The notes: generated from the sequence alone by a model not told the origin. A DNA stretch of 64,000 nucleotides from Nematocida ausubeli (GCF_000738915.1 NW_026515636.1:273175-337174); one strand, 5' to 3'. Shown: positions 1 through 11,200, counted from the first letter of the stretch. Numbers and translations: made by a program.

Positions 1-656
1 TATTTTACATGCACGCTGTACAGCAGGAAATTGATGCCCTGGGGAAGAAGAAAGAGCAGACACGTCTTGTCATGATAGATGAGTATAATAATAAGAGACG
101 CATACTGCAGGGTCTTTCTTATCTCTCCCAGAAGGAAGTGCTTATTAAAGGGAAGGTGGCAAGTGAAATAAGCAGTGGTGATGAACTGCTTCTGACGGAA
201 ATGCTTTTCAACAACGAATTCAGCAAGCTGTCACCTGGGCGCATATGCTCGTTGCTTAGTTGTGTGGTATTTGATGACAAGTCAGATAAAATTAGTCTTA
301 CGCCAGAGTCTGAGAGTGCACTGAAGATTCTTACGCAGACAGTGGATAGACTGGTCTCTGAGTTTGAAAGGCTCGACATGAACTTTAAGGCAAAGGAGTA
401 CACGGAGAAGTTCTGCTGTAATTTGATGGATGTGGTGTACAGGTGGACAGAAGGGTACAGTTTCTCGGAAATATGCGAGACAACGGAAGTATTTGAAGGG
501 AGCATAATACGGTGCTTTAGGCGCCTGGAGGAAGTTCTTAAGGAAATGTCGCGGGCCTCAAAGGTCATTGGGAACGTGGAGATGGAGAATAAGTTCTCTG
601 CTGCAATCTCTTTGGTTAAGAGGGATATTGTCTTTGCTAACTCTCTTTACTTGTGA
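1..656 (+). CDS. MTR4: Mtr4/Ski2-like DExH RNA helicase, C-terminal DSHCT part (5' end outside window)
   Basis: Frame is open to the window edge; GDELLLTEMLFN, FEGSIIRCFRRLEE and terminal KRDIVFANSLYL are typical of the Mtr4 C-terminus. Confidence 0.92.
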   Translation, partial: FYMHAVQQEIDALGKKKEQTRLVMIDEYNNKRRILQGLSYLSQKEVLIKGKVASEISSGDELLLTEMLFNNEFSKLSPGRICSLLSCVVFDDKSDKISLTPESESALKILTQTVDRLVSEFERLDMNFKAKEYTEKFCCNLMDVVYRWTEGYSFSEICETTEVFEGSIIRCFRRLEEVLKEMSRASKVIGNVEMENKFSAAISLVKRDIVFANSLYL

Positions 657-1107
657 GTTTTTGTGAGATGAAAAATTAATAAAATGCATTACCTGCTGAT
701 GGACTGGATTGAGTATAGGGGAGTGCACAGAGGGCGGGGATGTGCTGTGGGAAGACAGTATGTTGGAGGATGCGCATTTTTATTGGTTTATTAGGGGTCT
801 TCATAATTATCTTTTAAAAATTTCAGCTATAACCACATTCCCACCGGATTAAACCCCATATATTATGCAGAGTGTGCTTGCCATGCATAAATATCCAGGT
901 GGGTTTGCTTCTTGTTGTACTATTGCATGTCTTAGGGTGGCTTATATTTTACCTAAAATTCACTCAAGCCTCCTAAATATTCAATCTCACACGATAGAAC
1001 TCGGCAAGATTCCTCCAAAATGAATTTTACCTGGAATTATCTCCTTCAAATATCCTGGCATATTAAGTCTATCACCGTGCTATTTATATTTCAAATATTA
1101 ATTTTCC

Positions 1108-1917
1108 ATGAATGAAAGGATAATAAATAAAAGCGGAAATAAGAACTGCATCCTCTGCGGAAATAAAAACCCAAGCTGGGGCTGCCTGCCTTTCGCCATA
1201 CTAGCATGCACAAAGTGCGCAGGCGGCATAAGAGAACTAGGAACAAGCGTATGCTCCGTAAAGTCACTCCTTCTCGATGAAGTTGACGACGACTTCTTGC
1301 ACCCCTTCATAACAGGCAGCAATTCCCTCTTCCTGGACTGGTACGCAAAGAAGTCAAAGGAAGACCTAAAGCCAGCCTTCTTTAAGACAGCACTCGCAAA
1401 AGAATACGCAAAAGACCTGAAAGAAGGGAAAATAAAAGAGAAAACCATCACAAGCGCACCCACCCTCAAGAATACCCCACTAGACCAGACTAAAAAGACC
1501 CAAAGGAAGTCAAAACTCAAATTCCTCACAGAAAATGACGCAGGCAGTGATGAAGAACCAGAAGAAAGAGAAGAAAAACAAGAAGAAAGACAAGAAGAAA
1601 TCTTAAAGAAAAAGACAATCAGAAGAGTACCAGGCAGGATACAAACAGATGATGCAAGTGCCATCTCCAGATTAGGCATGTTCAAGAACGTAAAGGACAT
1701 GACAAAACAGACAGAAGAATCTACCCTAGCAAAGCAAACAGGAAGAAATAATTCACGCGTCATAACAGATGACCCACAGAATGAAACAAAACAAGAAATA
1801 GTTAAAGGAAAGAACTTTATTGGGAGTGCAGATGCACCAAAGGAAACTGTGACAGACCGCCTTAAGAATAGCCTGGAGAAAGGGAAGAATACACTTTTAA
1901 ATACATTCAAAAAATAA
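1108..1917 (+). CDS. ArfGAP zinc-finger protein (Glo3/Gcs1-like)
   Basis: NKNCILCGNKNPSW...CTKCAGGIRELG...VKSLLLD gives CxxC-x16-CxxC-x4-R; charged C-terminus with SAISRLGM. Confidence 0.85.
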   Translation: MNERIINKSGNKNCILCGNKNPSWGCLPFAILACTKCAGGIRELGTSVCSVKSLLLDEVDDDFLHPFITGSNSLFLDWYAKKSKEDLKPAFFKTALAKEYAKDLKEGKIKEKTITSAPTLKNTPLDQTKKTQRKSKLKFLTENDAGSDEEPEEREEKQEERQEEILKKKTIRRVPGRIQTDDASAISRLGMFKNVKDMTKQTEESTLAKQTGRNNSRVITDDPQNETKQEIVKGKNFIGSADAPKETVTDRLKNSLEKGKNTLLNTFKK

Positions 1918-1934
1918 ACCAACTTCACTGAAAA

Positions 1935-2153
1935 TTACTTCTCATTTACGCCCAGATTCTTTAAGACTCTTTCCCTAAGTGACATATACTCGGTTATAAG
2001 TGACTGACTAACTTCTTCTGGTTCTGTCTCTTCCCGGATACTTTTCAATAAAGACAAGATCTTCTCTGAGTTCCTTTTCCTTTGATAACTTGTTTCCATT
2101 ACCTTTCTTAGTATACTTCCAATTTCTTCTTCGTACTCTTTCTTTTTGTCCAT
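1935..2153 (-). CDS. small charged helical hypothetical protein (72 aa)
   Basis: ATG ORF with coding-like E/K composition, convergent with ArfGAP across a 17-bp gap. Confidence 0.65.
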   Translation of the reverse strand: MDKKKEYEEEIGSILRKVMETSYQRKRNSEKILSLLKSIREETEPEEVSQSLITEYMSLRERVLKNLGVNEK

Positions 2154-2184
2154 TTCTTGTAAATTTATTTCTTGCGTCTTACGG

Positions 2185-2550
2185 TTTATAGAGGGATTAT
2201 TGGATAATAGACTAACTTGTGTGATAATTGGTTTATAGACTAAACCCGTTGTAGTTCTACTAGTAATTGTGTGAATAGTAGTGTATAGACTAAACCTGTT
2301 GTAATTGTACTAAATTCACTAAATCACACTAATACCCATTATAAACCGACTAATAAGCCCATTAAATACCGTTATAATCAGATTAAACTCACTAATAATC
2401 CACTAAATTACACTAATAACTGTTGTAACTAGATCAATTAGACTAAATGTACTAATAACCAGAATATACTAAATACCATTATAAACACACTAACAACCCA
2501 CTATTATTATAAATACTCACTCTAAATACCCACTAAATATACTAAACCCC
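2185..2550. repeat. low-complexity intergenic satellite (GACTAA/CACTAA-rich), G-rich half followed by C-rich half
   Basis: Recurrent tagactaaac, cactaaat and cattataaac words. Confidence 0.55.
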
Positions 2551-2552
2551 CA

Positions 2553-3824
2553 CTATGCCCCCACCCTTATTAATACGGGAGTGGCTGCACTTGATGTAAT
2601 TACGTCTAACTCAGTCTTCACCACCTTATAATGCGAGGTGCCATTTAACCCGTAGCCACGCCATGTATTCGCAAGTATAATGTAGCCGGATATGGCAGCA
2701 GACGTAGTCGCAAATAGTATACTGTAATATTCAGATGCCTTAAATGCACTGTCCGTTATTCTGCTGATAATTGGGGGACACACGGAATACGCAAGATTAA
2801 TAGAGCAAGACAAAAGAGACAGTCCTATGCCTAATTTATCTGGGGAAAGCAGCAAGGGATAGCAAGGCCAATTGCACGTCTGCATGCCAGAAGCAAGACC
2901 CAGCAGGAAAGAGGGCAAATAAGAGATAGAAATAGAATAAAATATCATACTGTGTCCGAATATCAGGAATATACTGCCTAAGCATATACAGCTAAGTCTG
3001 TGCCCATATTTATCTGTTATAATACTAATTACAACAGTGCACCCTAAGGCAACCACTTCCTGCAAGGCAAGAGCCCTACTAGCTTGCTTTGAGGTTAAAT
3101 TAAGCCTGCGCTGCAAGATGGCAGAATTATTACTGGAGAATATGGAGATGGAACAGGCAAGCAGCACACCCATTCCAATGAAAAATGGCAATAGATGGTG
3201 CGTGTTTTGTTCTTCAATTATTTCTGGTTCTTGTGATGTGCTAATATATTCCTTCCTGCAGATGCACATAATTAGTGCACCCCCAAGCCAAATTAGACAG
3301 GTAGTCAGTAGGGAGCAGTAGATTAGGCCCTTTTCAATTAGGGTGCCCAGCAAGAGATAGGCTAATATTGAGCCTAGCCTGCCTATGGCTAGACTAAGCC
3401 CGAATATTCTGCCGTGCTCGTGGGAGTAAAAGAGGGAAGAAAGCATCTTATTCTGGATGATTGTGAAACTCTCTCCGCCTAGGCCAATAATGAAGCGGCC
3501 TGCCAGGATGCACTCGAATATCTGGAGGCAGGCACCAATTGATGTTATGGTTTGTCCTAGGACAATTAGGCCGTATGTGTAAAATAGCTTATTATGGTCA
3601 GATTCTGCGGAGAGGTTAAAAAGCAACGGGAGAAGAAGATTTGGGAGGGCGTATGCGGAGTACAGGAGACTGTGGTATCTGGCATATCCTGGGCCAAAAG
3701 TGGCCTCTAGCCCGGTGAACATGGGTGAAGGACTGTCGTATGCGAAAAAGAAAAAGAAAAGTGCTAGGGAAGAAAGCACAAAGAACTGAATCCTTTTGGA
3801 GAGTACTTTCCTGGGGATTTTCAT
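2553..3824 (-). CDS. Major facilitator superfamily transporter (MFSD1-like)
   Basis: About 11-12 hydrophobic segments; FAYDSPSP, LLYSAYALPNL, GRFIIGLGGES and TDKYGHR motifs. Confidence 0.88.
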   Translation of the reverse strand: MKIPRKVLSKRIQFFVLSSLALFFFFFAYDSPSPMFTGLEATFGPGYARYHSLLYSAYALPNLLLPLLFNLSAESDHNKLFYTYGLIVLGQTITSIGACLQIFECILAGRFIIGLGGESFTIIQNKMLSSLFYSHEHGRIFGLSLAIGRLGSILAYLLLGTLIEKGLIYCSLLTTCLIWLGGALIMCICRKEYISTSQEPEIIEEQNTHHLLPFFIGMGVLLACSISIFSSNNSAILQRRLNLTSKQASRALALQEVVALGCTVVISIITDKYGHRLSCICLGSIFLIFGHSMIFYSISISYLPSFLLGLASGMQTCNWPCYPLLLSPDKLGIGLSLLSCSINLAYSVCPPIISRITDSAFKASEYYSILFATTSAAISGYIILANTWRGYGLNGTSHYKVVKTELDVITSSAATPVLIRVGA

Positions 3825-4097
3825 GAAACACTTTTTGTCTTTTGCTTTTATGGGGGATAAAACACTTTAGAAGGAATATTATTGTGAAACGGACTATCTA
3901 AATGTGAAGCGGATTATATGGAGTATATTAGGGTATATTGGGGTGTATTGGGGTTAAAGAATATTTCTGTTCTACTACTACTAAATAATTAGAGTATTCT
4001 TGTGCTGGGGAATTTCTGAAAATCCTTTACAAAAGACAAACTAAAAATACGCTATAAACGGGCTATACCAGGCTATAATTCAGTTACATTTATTCTC

Positions 4098-5345
4098 TTA
4101 CAGTTGTGCGACTAATTCCCTGACTTGTTTTATCTGCTGTGCCAAAAGGACGGGAGATTTCTTTAATAGGTCAGTGAATATACAGGAGGGCGTGCTTCCT
4201 TCCAGGGCCATGGATACATTTGACTCAATAAACTGCGATATCTCCATGGGCCGTATGCATGCGTATGATGCGTCCAGTAGAACTGCCTCACTGGCATATT
4301 CGCAGAGTGAATTTCCGACTAGCTGCCTGTCCTCTTTGATTATGTGCAAAGGAAGCAAGAAGTTAAGGAAACCTGCAAGGCGCATCAGAATATCCCTCTC
4401 ACAGGACAGGAATTCATCCTGTGTATAAGCACCATCGCACACATCTACATATGCCTTGAGGGTTCTTGACTTGCATGCTACTAGCTTGTTTGCAATAAAA
4501 AGGCTCACTGCCCCAATTAATTGGTACTTTTCTTTGGAAGGCCCAGAGAGAAGGAAGTATTTGTCGACTATCCTGACTGCTGTCTGGTATATTGTGCTGT
4601 TCAATTTATAGTCTACCTTTACATCATACATCCACTCCAGAAGGGTCTGTCTCATTTGCATGGTTATTTTAGACTTACTCCCTGCACCCACCTGTATTTC
4701 ATTCTGTTCTTCCTGGGATGCTATCTCTAGGTCAATTTCATCTGAGGATGCATCTGCTGCCTTAGCACTTTTTGTTGCTGAGATTGTCTCGTTAGTCCTT
4801 TCTACAACAGGAGTATCTTCTTGCTCTGCTTCTTGATTCTCCTTAGTCTTCTTTACAACAGGATCTTCCTCTTGCTCTTTCTCAGTAAATTTTCTTTTTA
4901 TATTTTCTTCTCCTTCTTCTCTCATGCGAATTGAATTTGCTTTCAGAAGATCCTGTATGGAGCCCTCTAGGATTGATGCATTCTGCAGTGCAGTGTCCTT
5001 TGTGAAGAGTGAATTTGTGCTTCCATTGAAGAGATTTGTCATATTCTGTGATACTTCTGGGCTTACTGCGAATATACTGGATATCTTCTTGTTTTTAGTC
5101 AGTGTCTTCTCGGTCTCTGCTTTCTGCACTTCTTCATGGAGTTTTATTTCTTTTACTTCTTCATATTTCTTATTTATTTCTTTTATGGTTGCAAGAACCC
5201 TATTTAGGTGACTGTAGTATGTGTCTACGTATTCTATGTATGGCTTGAGTATTTCCCTGCGAATTGGCTTCTCTTCCTTTTTTATGGTCACCCTGATATT
5301 CGTATGGTTTATGTTTGTTATGTCTTCTAGAACTCTTTTTAGCAT
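4098..5345 (-). CDS. B-type cyclin
   Basis: N-terminal destruction box RVLEDITN; cyclin box MRQTLLEWM...YQLIGAVSLFIANK...DGAYTQDEFLSCERDIL. Confidence 0.9.
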   Translation of the reverse strand: MLKRVLEDITNINHTNIRVTIKKEEKPIRREILKPYIEYVDTYYSHLNRVLATIKEINKKYEEVKEIKLHEEVQKAETEKTLTKNKKISSIFAVSPEVSQNMTNLFNGSTNSLFTKDTALQNASILEGSIQDLLKANSIRMREEGEENIKRKFTEKEQEEDPVVKKTKENQEAEQEDTPVVERTNETISATKSAKAADASSDEIDLEIASQEEQNEIQVGAGSKSKITMQMRQTLLEWMYDVKVDYKLNSTIYQTAVRIVDKYFLLSGPSKEKYQLIGAVSLFIANKLVACKSRTLKAYVDVCDGAYTQDEFLSCERDILMRLAGFLNFLLPLHIIKEDRQLVGNSLCEYASEAVLLDASYACIRPMEISQFIESNVSMALEGSTPSCIFTDLLKKSPVLLAQQIKQVRELVAQL

Positions 5346-5415
5346 GCTTTAAATTCTTTGCTTGGTTATATACTTGAGATAAATTGGCGGTAAATTGTTT
5401 CATTTTTTCAGAAAA

Positions 5416-6174
5416 ATGCGGGGAAGTAGTGGAAGAATGATTTTCGTTAAAATGGCAGTTATTTTAGTGCTGTTTGGGGCCGGGTATATATTTACGCGGT
5501 TAGTACCTCTTACTCTTATGAATTTTAAGAGTGTACGCCCAAACATGCTGTATTCTTGGAACGAAACAGTGAAATTCAAGTATGTCGTGCTTGCTACTGT
5601 TTTATTGCTGCCTCTGTTGCAGATTGTGACCGTGAACATGCATAATAAGAAGATGAGGAGTCTGGATATTTTGCTGGATGCTTACATTGGGATAAATGCG
5701 ACTTTTATTATTACGGCTGCTGCAAAGTGGGCAGTTGGCAAGGAGAGACCGGATTATAACGATAGAATACTGCAGAATCTCAAGGCCCATGCTATTTTGG
5801 AGGGGAGGAGGTCATTTCCCTCTGGGCACAGTTCAATTTCCATGGCTTTGGTGTTTTATTTAGTGCACCATGCATGGATGGCAGTGAAAGACACGCCTAA
5901 GCCATTGGTGCGCAGTGTTTTACTGTACATTGGGATATTTGTGCCTATAGTTGTAGGATGTTTTGTGTGCATCAGCAGGATATGGGATAATAGACATGAT
6001 GAAGTCGATGTATTAGTGGGGTACTTAATAGGCATAACTATACCTTACATTACGCACATAACTTTAAAAGGAAAAGAGAAGAAATTAATTGAAGAGGGCT
6101 CAGACAGTCCTGCTACTAAGGCAGGAGAGAGTGGGGCCAATTCCGAAGTGCTAGAAATGAAGAAATGTCCTTGA
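5416..6174 (+). CDS. PAP2-family lipid phosphate / diacylglycerol pyrophosphate phosphatase
   Basis: KWAVGKERP, SFPSGH and SRIWDNRHDEVD catalytic motifs; first ATG at 5416. Confidence 0.92.
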   Translation: MRGSSGRMIFVKMAVILVLFGAGYIFTRLVPLTLMNFKSVRPNMLYSWNETVKFKYVVLATVLLLPLLQIVTVNMHNKKMRSLDILLDAYIGINATFIITAAAKWAVGKERPDYNDRILQNLKAHAILEGRRSFPSGHSSISMALVFYLVHHAWMAVKDTPKPLVRSVLLYIGIFVPIVVGCFVCISRIWDNRHDEVDVLVGYLIGITIPYITHITLKGKEKKLIEEGSDSPATKAGESGANSEVLEMKKCP

Positions 6175-6907
6175 AGTTCGCTAGACCTGGTCATTCGCAT
6201 TATATTGGGTTTGGATTATATTTTGGAAGTTCTCAAATAATGCATAAAATTACATGTGGAAGGAGTGCTTGGCGTGTATTTAGGGTATTTTAGGCTGGAA
6301 AAATAGTAAGAATCCATGAAGTCTGTATAGGATTGATTTCTTGTGTGCTTTTCCAGATAAATACTTGCATGCTAGGGCATGGCTCTAATTATCCTGTGGT
6401 TTTAGGGGTTCTAAAGGGGTTTCTTGAATTTTTGGGAACTTTGTGCAGAAATTATTATAGATATTTAGTACATAAATATGTATACTTGGCGTAACTTACT
6501 ATAAGGAATATACATAGCATGGCCATTTAAGCTGTATAATCATTTTTGCCATGCTAGTATGTTCATTTATTGAAGTTTTAGTCTTCACCTATTTAATGGA
6601 AAATTTAAGAGGATTAAATTATTCCACTAGAAGGCCGTGCTTCTGAAGCACAGCGTATTAATAAGAATAAAATTATTCGGGTTTAGTTTCGGGTTATTTT
6701 TGATCTACTCGGTTTCCATGGCAAGATGCAGTGCAAATCAGGATATTTACATGGGTTTTAGTCATAATACAACGTGTCGTGTGATTTAGTCAGTGCTCGG
6801 TGTACGTGTCCTTTCTGGCTACACATATATTGAAAAAGTGTTTTAGAGTAAATGAAAGGCCCAATCAAAGCATAGAGTGAATTTCTGGGTGACACTGTAA
6901 ACAAACA

Positions 6908-7822
6908 ATGCAAAAGTTCCTGGATAAAGTGGACAGTGCAAGCATGAAGATTGAAGCGTGCAAGGAGTCACTCGATAAAATGAACTACCTCACGCGGCGT
7001 GTAAGCGGAGTCTCAGAGGAAAAAGAGTCTAAAAAGCTCAGAGACGACTTAGCAGGTCTTCGTAATGACTTCATTGAGAATATCTCGGAGGTAAAGGATG
7101 GAATAACCGAGATAAAGCGAAAACTCAGAGGAAAGACGCAGCACGAACTGCACACAAAGCAGCAGCAAGTGAAGTCTCTGGTGGAAAGAACAAAAAAAGT
7201 CATTGAGGAATTCAGCACAACACAAAGCGAATTTAGTGCAGAGGAAAGAGAAAGGCTTAAATCGCAGTATATTATAGCTAAGCCAACAGCAACAAAAGAA
7301 GAATTAGAAGCAGTAGAGTACAGCGAGTCACCAAAAATACCCTTCCTAAATGGAGGGAAAGGAGATGCAGATGAAAGAAAGAAAAGCGTGAAGCATATTT
7401 CTGCAGGAATCCAAAATGTCATGAAAATGACGCAGGATCTTAACCTACTAGTGCACGAAAAAGACAGAGATGTCGACAAAATTGCAATTCACACAACGCA
7501 CGCAGAAGCAAAGGCAAAGAAAGCAGACCAAGACTTAAAATCGGCAGAAAAGTATCAGAAGTGGGCTAGACTTGGGAAAATGACTTTTTATTCGATTATT
7601 ATCTTCTTGGTGGTAGTTGTAGTTTTGGTTTTATTCGGTGGGTTTGTTATTTTTGTGCTTATGGCTATTTTAAACTACAAAGCAGCGCATTCTGGTGCTT
7701 CATCCGGCACAGATGGAAGTACTTCTGGCGGGGGACAGGCACCTGCAGAGACAACAGCTGGATCAATTGAGCAAAGTGTCAGAAACATCTTAGGAGGAAG
7801 CAATCCTGCACCAGCAAATTAA
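6908..7822 (+). CDS. Syntaxin-family t-SNARE (Sso1-like)
   Basis: Helical Habc region, LKSQYIIAKPTATKEEL linker, SNARE heptads, long C-terminal transmembrane segment and lumenal tail. Confidence 0.8.
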   Translation: MQKFLDKVDSASMKIEACKESLDKMNYLTRRVSGVSEEKESKKLRDDLAGLRNDFIENISEVKDGITEIKRKLRGKTQHELHTKQQQVKSLVERTKKVIEEFSTTQSEFSAEERERLKSQYIIAKPTATKEELEAVEYSESPKIPFLNGGKGDADERKKSVKHISAGIQNVMKMTQDLNLLVHEKDRDVDKIAIHTTHAEAKAKKADQDLKSAEKYQKWARLGKMTFYSIIIFLVVVVVLVLFGGFVIFVLMAILNYKAAHSGASSGTDGSTSGGGQAPAETTAGSIEQSVRNILGGSNPAPAN

Positions 7823-8543
7823 TTTACAGATGGTTTGCGCATGCAGTATATTACTCCTAACGTTTTTTTAATGAAGGGTATGTTTGAATAAGATTCTGTC
7901 AGAGAGGATACCTATAAAACTCTACCGACCACAGAGAACAAAACAAAAACATTCATATTCTCCCTTACTGAGCTATAACACTTCTGTGTCTTCGAATGCC
8001 AGTGTATATTAGTCTTTATGGTGTGTTATAACCAGATATAATTCTACTAGTGTAAAGTGTATCCTTCACTTTCTTTCGTTTGGACTGTACTCCGAAGAAG
8101 ACTGGTCCTTGAAAGCACCAATCAGAAGCTATTTGTGTGCTCATCCCGTAAGAGATGCGAAACAGACACTCTTTAGTGTTTTTTATGGTGTTTGATTGTT
8201 TTAATCTGCATTTTATCTCTTTTATAATAATATAAAATCCTTCAAGTCTTCTGTTCTGTGAAGACTTTTCTTCTATATGGGGAATAAACACAAATAATAG
8301 AGAGAGATCTGGAAAATTGAAAAAACTGCAATATTTCAAGAACCATCATACACCAAGCAAGAAGCCCATCCAGTAGCTCTGGTGCATGTAAAATTCCCAG
8401 AGAATAAAGAATAAATAATGAGATTCCATTCAAGACCAAATTACAGCCACTTTTGGCTAATATTTCACTTAAATACTTAATAGAAAGCATGTGCGCATTT
8501 TTGTGCGCACAAAGAATAACTTAACTATGCTTTATTTTAATAA

Positions 8544-9740
8544 TTAAGGGTCATCAGAAGATGTCTTGCTGTAAATATGATTTCTTCTGCTGTATATCTC
8601 CTTTGATGCAGTATACAAAAGATGCACATCATTTTTCAGCTCTTTCAAGTGGCCCTCAATGACCAAGTAATTAAAGTCTAATGCCTTTATTTGGACAAGC
8701 CTATTAGGAAACGAGCTGGACTTCTTTGATGCAACAGTTAGCTTAGAATACTTAAAGAGCATCGCCTCATACTCCTTCAACTTTGTGCACGCGCCTTCAA
8801 AGAGTGAAAATAGTTTTTTCATGGAGAGGTCTGACTTTCCATGAACGGACTTTTCCATGTTAATAATATTCTTTGCCTCCTTCCCTACACTCCAGTTTAT
8901 TATATCTACTTCATGTATAATTCTCTTAAGATATTCTATAATCATATCAATTCCTGTCCTTCTTTGGGAAATAGAGAACTCATGGTGCTGTATCTTCTCT
9001 TCTATAACCAATTCATTGTATATGTTATAATGCGTGTCCATTAAATTTCCAGGCATAAAGTGGGATATTGTCTCCCGTACAAAGGATGAGTACATTTGCT
9101 GCACTGTCTCCATATTGAATATTACATTCTTTTGCTGGTGTATGGTAACCGTAACAAGCTTATACATATATAAGTAGTCTTTCAGGCTGTACTTGCAGTA
9201 TCTGTACAGATACTTAAGTATCCCGTACTGCTTAGGGTCTATCCACCCTTGTTCATGGATCCCCTTAAGACCAGCTATTTTTTGTCCCTCTGTAAGACAC
9301 TTGTATAAGGTATATTCCACCTGCCCCAGGGAAACAAGCAAGTCACTTGTAAGTGCCTTCCTGTTAAGTGCCATAATTGAGCATGCACTTATGCATATTT
9401 TCTCCTGCACCTTCTCAAAGTCATTATACTTCTGCATAAACTGGACTAATTCCAGTTCGTCCAGAAGTGTAAACAAGACTTCCCCCAGCTCAGACAGCTT
9501 GCATGTGATTTGTTCAAAATATGTCTGAAGCCGTGCAGATATGTCTTTATTCTCATTTTGTTCCCTTTGCATCTCATCCCACAATCTCAGGTAGTTATTC
9601 CACAGGGAAATTAGGTCAGATACGCTTTCCTTCACATGAGTATCCTCAAAGGAGGCTTCCATCTTGCCTTCATACAAGGCAAATACAGGCGTAAGTTCTT
9701 GCCTCTGCTTCTGCAGTGTCTTAGCCCATTGTGTCTCCAT
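8544..9740 (-). CDS. hypothetical helical protein (398 aa)
   Basis: Long ATG ORF; no recognised motif. Confidence 0.8.
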   Translation of the reverse strand: METQWAKTLQKQRQELTPVFALYEGKMEASFEDTHVKESVSDLISLWNNYLRLWDEMQREQNENKDISARLQTYFEQITCKLSELGEVLFTLLDELELVQFMQKYNDFEKVQEKICISACSIMALNRKALTSDLLVSLGQVEYTLYKCLTEGQKIAGLKGIHEQGWIDPKQYGILKYLYRYCKYSLKDYLYMYKLVTVTIHQQKNVIFNMETVQQMYSSFVRETISHFMPGNLMDTHYNIYNELVIEEKIQHHEFSISQRRTGIDMIIEYLKRIIHEVDIINWSVGKEAKNIINMEKSVHGKSDLSMKKLFSLFEGACTKLKEYEAMLFKYSKLTVASKKSSSFPNRLVQIKALDFNYLVIEGHLKELKNDVHLLYTASKEIYSRRNHIYSKTSSDDP

Positions 9741-9863
9741 CCATTTTTCGGATTATTTCATATTCTATATTTTATCCAAAGATCAAATAGATCTCATGTC
9801 TCCTGCATATTTGACGTATCCATCAATTTTGATCGAACTGTAAACCACATCGTAAGATAATAT

Positions 9864-11036
9864 TTATTGTCCTGTTCTTATTTTCCCCACATTCAAAACC
9901 ACTTCCGTATGGGCATCTGCTGCCTTAATTTCCGCCTTAAATACAGCGCCCTCTCTGGCTCCCTTCACCACATCAGAGAAGTATCTGAGGTGTGCGTGAT
10001 CTGCCATTCTTCTGACTAAAACTACCTCGCTGAAAGACTCTTTTTTATTCTCACCAGAGGATACAGTGTACTCTGCGGTTATAAAGCTCTTTTTACCGAC
10101 AATCTTACCAATTCCATCAGAGATAGTCTTTATATCGGATACAACTGCATTTTCCTGTGGGATATTCATGCTTTGTGTCTCTATTTCTGTCTCCTCCACC
10201 TTCTCTTCACTTTCTTTCTTCTTTGCCTCCGACAGTTTCACCTTCTTCTCTTCCTGTGGCTGTGTCTCTTCTGGCTCTTCTGTCTCTTCTGGGCACTTCC
10301 TTTTTCTTTCACCCTTCTGGCAGGTCTCTGGTACTATCCCTCCGATCATTTCTTCGTTCTTCTCTTCCTGTGGGGTGCTTTCCTGTGCGTCCTCTGTGTC
10401 CTGTTCGTCTTCTACCTCACAGGATGCATCTTCCAAGAGTCCCCCCTTAGAGCCCTCTACAATTAAGAAGTCAATTGCATGTGGTCCCTCTACGACCAAT
10501 TCCATCTGTGCGTCTGCAAGTACGTCTACTACTTCGCACTCCTTCCTGCCAATCTCCAACTCTGCAAGCAAGGTTGTCTCTCCATTAGACTTCATGAATA
10601 CTTTGCTCGTTCCATCTACTACTTCTTCTGTGTATGCAATTGACACGTTAAGTATCCTTGCAGATATTTCATCTACTGTGTGTGATGCATTACCAGGGAC
10701 CTGTATAGTTCTGTATACTGTCTCTTCTTCATTTGTGTTTACTTCATGTGGGTCCATCTCCAAGAATAAAATATCCATTTCATTTACGCCTTCTGTTCTT
10801 AGTTCTATCCTTACGCCTTGCTTAACAGGAATATTAAGTATTTTGCTTTCCATCTTGTTTGTGAGTAAGTTGCAGATGGTTGTCTGCTGTCCATCTATTG
10901 TGGCAATTAGACTAGATCTAATACTGTCCTTTTCTACGCACGGTGTAAGTGAGACTGACTTTATAATTGTGTCATTCTCCATGCTCTCCTGGACGTAAAT
11001 ATTGTTTGGTCTAATGGTTAAGCTATGATACTTCAT
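9864..11036 (-). CDS. Nucleoplasmin-like histone chaperone (Fpr3/Fpr4/FKBP39-like) with two NPL-like domains, an acidic/basic tract and a degenerate FKBP-like C-terminus
   Basis: TTICNL...LNI...IELRTEGVNEMDI and TTLLAEL...MELVVEGPHAIDF repeat the NPL pattern; E/K-rich linker; DIKTISDGIGKIVGKKSFITAEYT resembles the FKBP N-terminal strands. Confidence 0.65.
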   Translation of the reverse strand: MKYHSLTIRPNNIYVQESMENDTIIKSVSLTPCVEKDSIRSSLIATIDGQQTTICNLLTNKMESKILNIPVKQGVRIELRTEGVNEMDILFLEMDPHEVNTNEEETVYRTIQVPGNASHTVDEISARILNVSIAYTEEVVDGTSKVFMKSNGETTLLAELEIGRKECEVVDVLADAQMELVVEGPHAIDFLIVEGSKGGLLEDASCEVEDEQDTEDAQESTPQEEKNEEMIGGIVPETCQKGERKRKCPEETEEPEETQPQEEKKVKLSEAKKKESEEKVEETEIETQSMNIPQENAVVSDIKTISDGIGKIVGKKSFITAEYTVSSGENKKESFSEVVLVRRMADHAHLRYFSDVVKGAREGAVFKAEIKAADAHTEVVLNVGKIRTGQ

Positions 11037-11200
11037 ATGTGCTAAAAAAAGAAGAAAAAAAAAGAAGAAAAGGGAGTGAATTACAGTGGGATATTTATGT
11101 TTGTAGGATATTTATGTTCGTAGGATATTTATATAGTGATATATACGGATTATTTATATGGGGGTTTATATTGTGCATAGTGGAATATATTGTGCACTGA

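Noticed and set aside
1098..1928. Long antisense ORFs (1098-1928, 10066-10998, 51732-52343, 44133-44699 and similar)
   Set aside because: Shadow ORFs opposite well-supported genes, with S/F/L-rich composition expected from reverse-complemented charged codons
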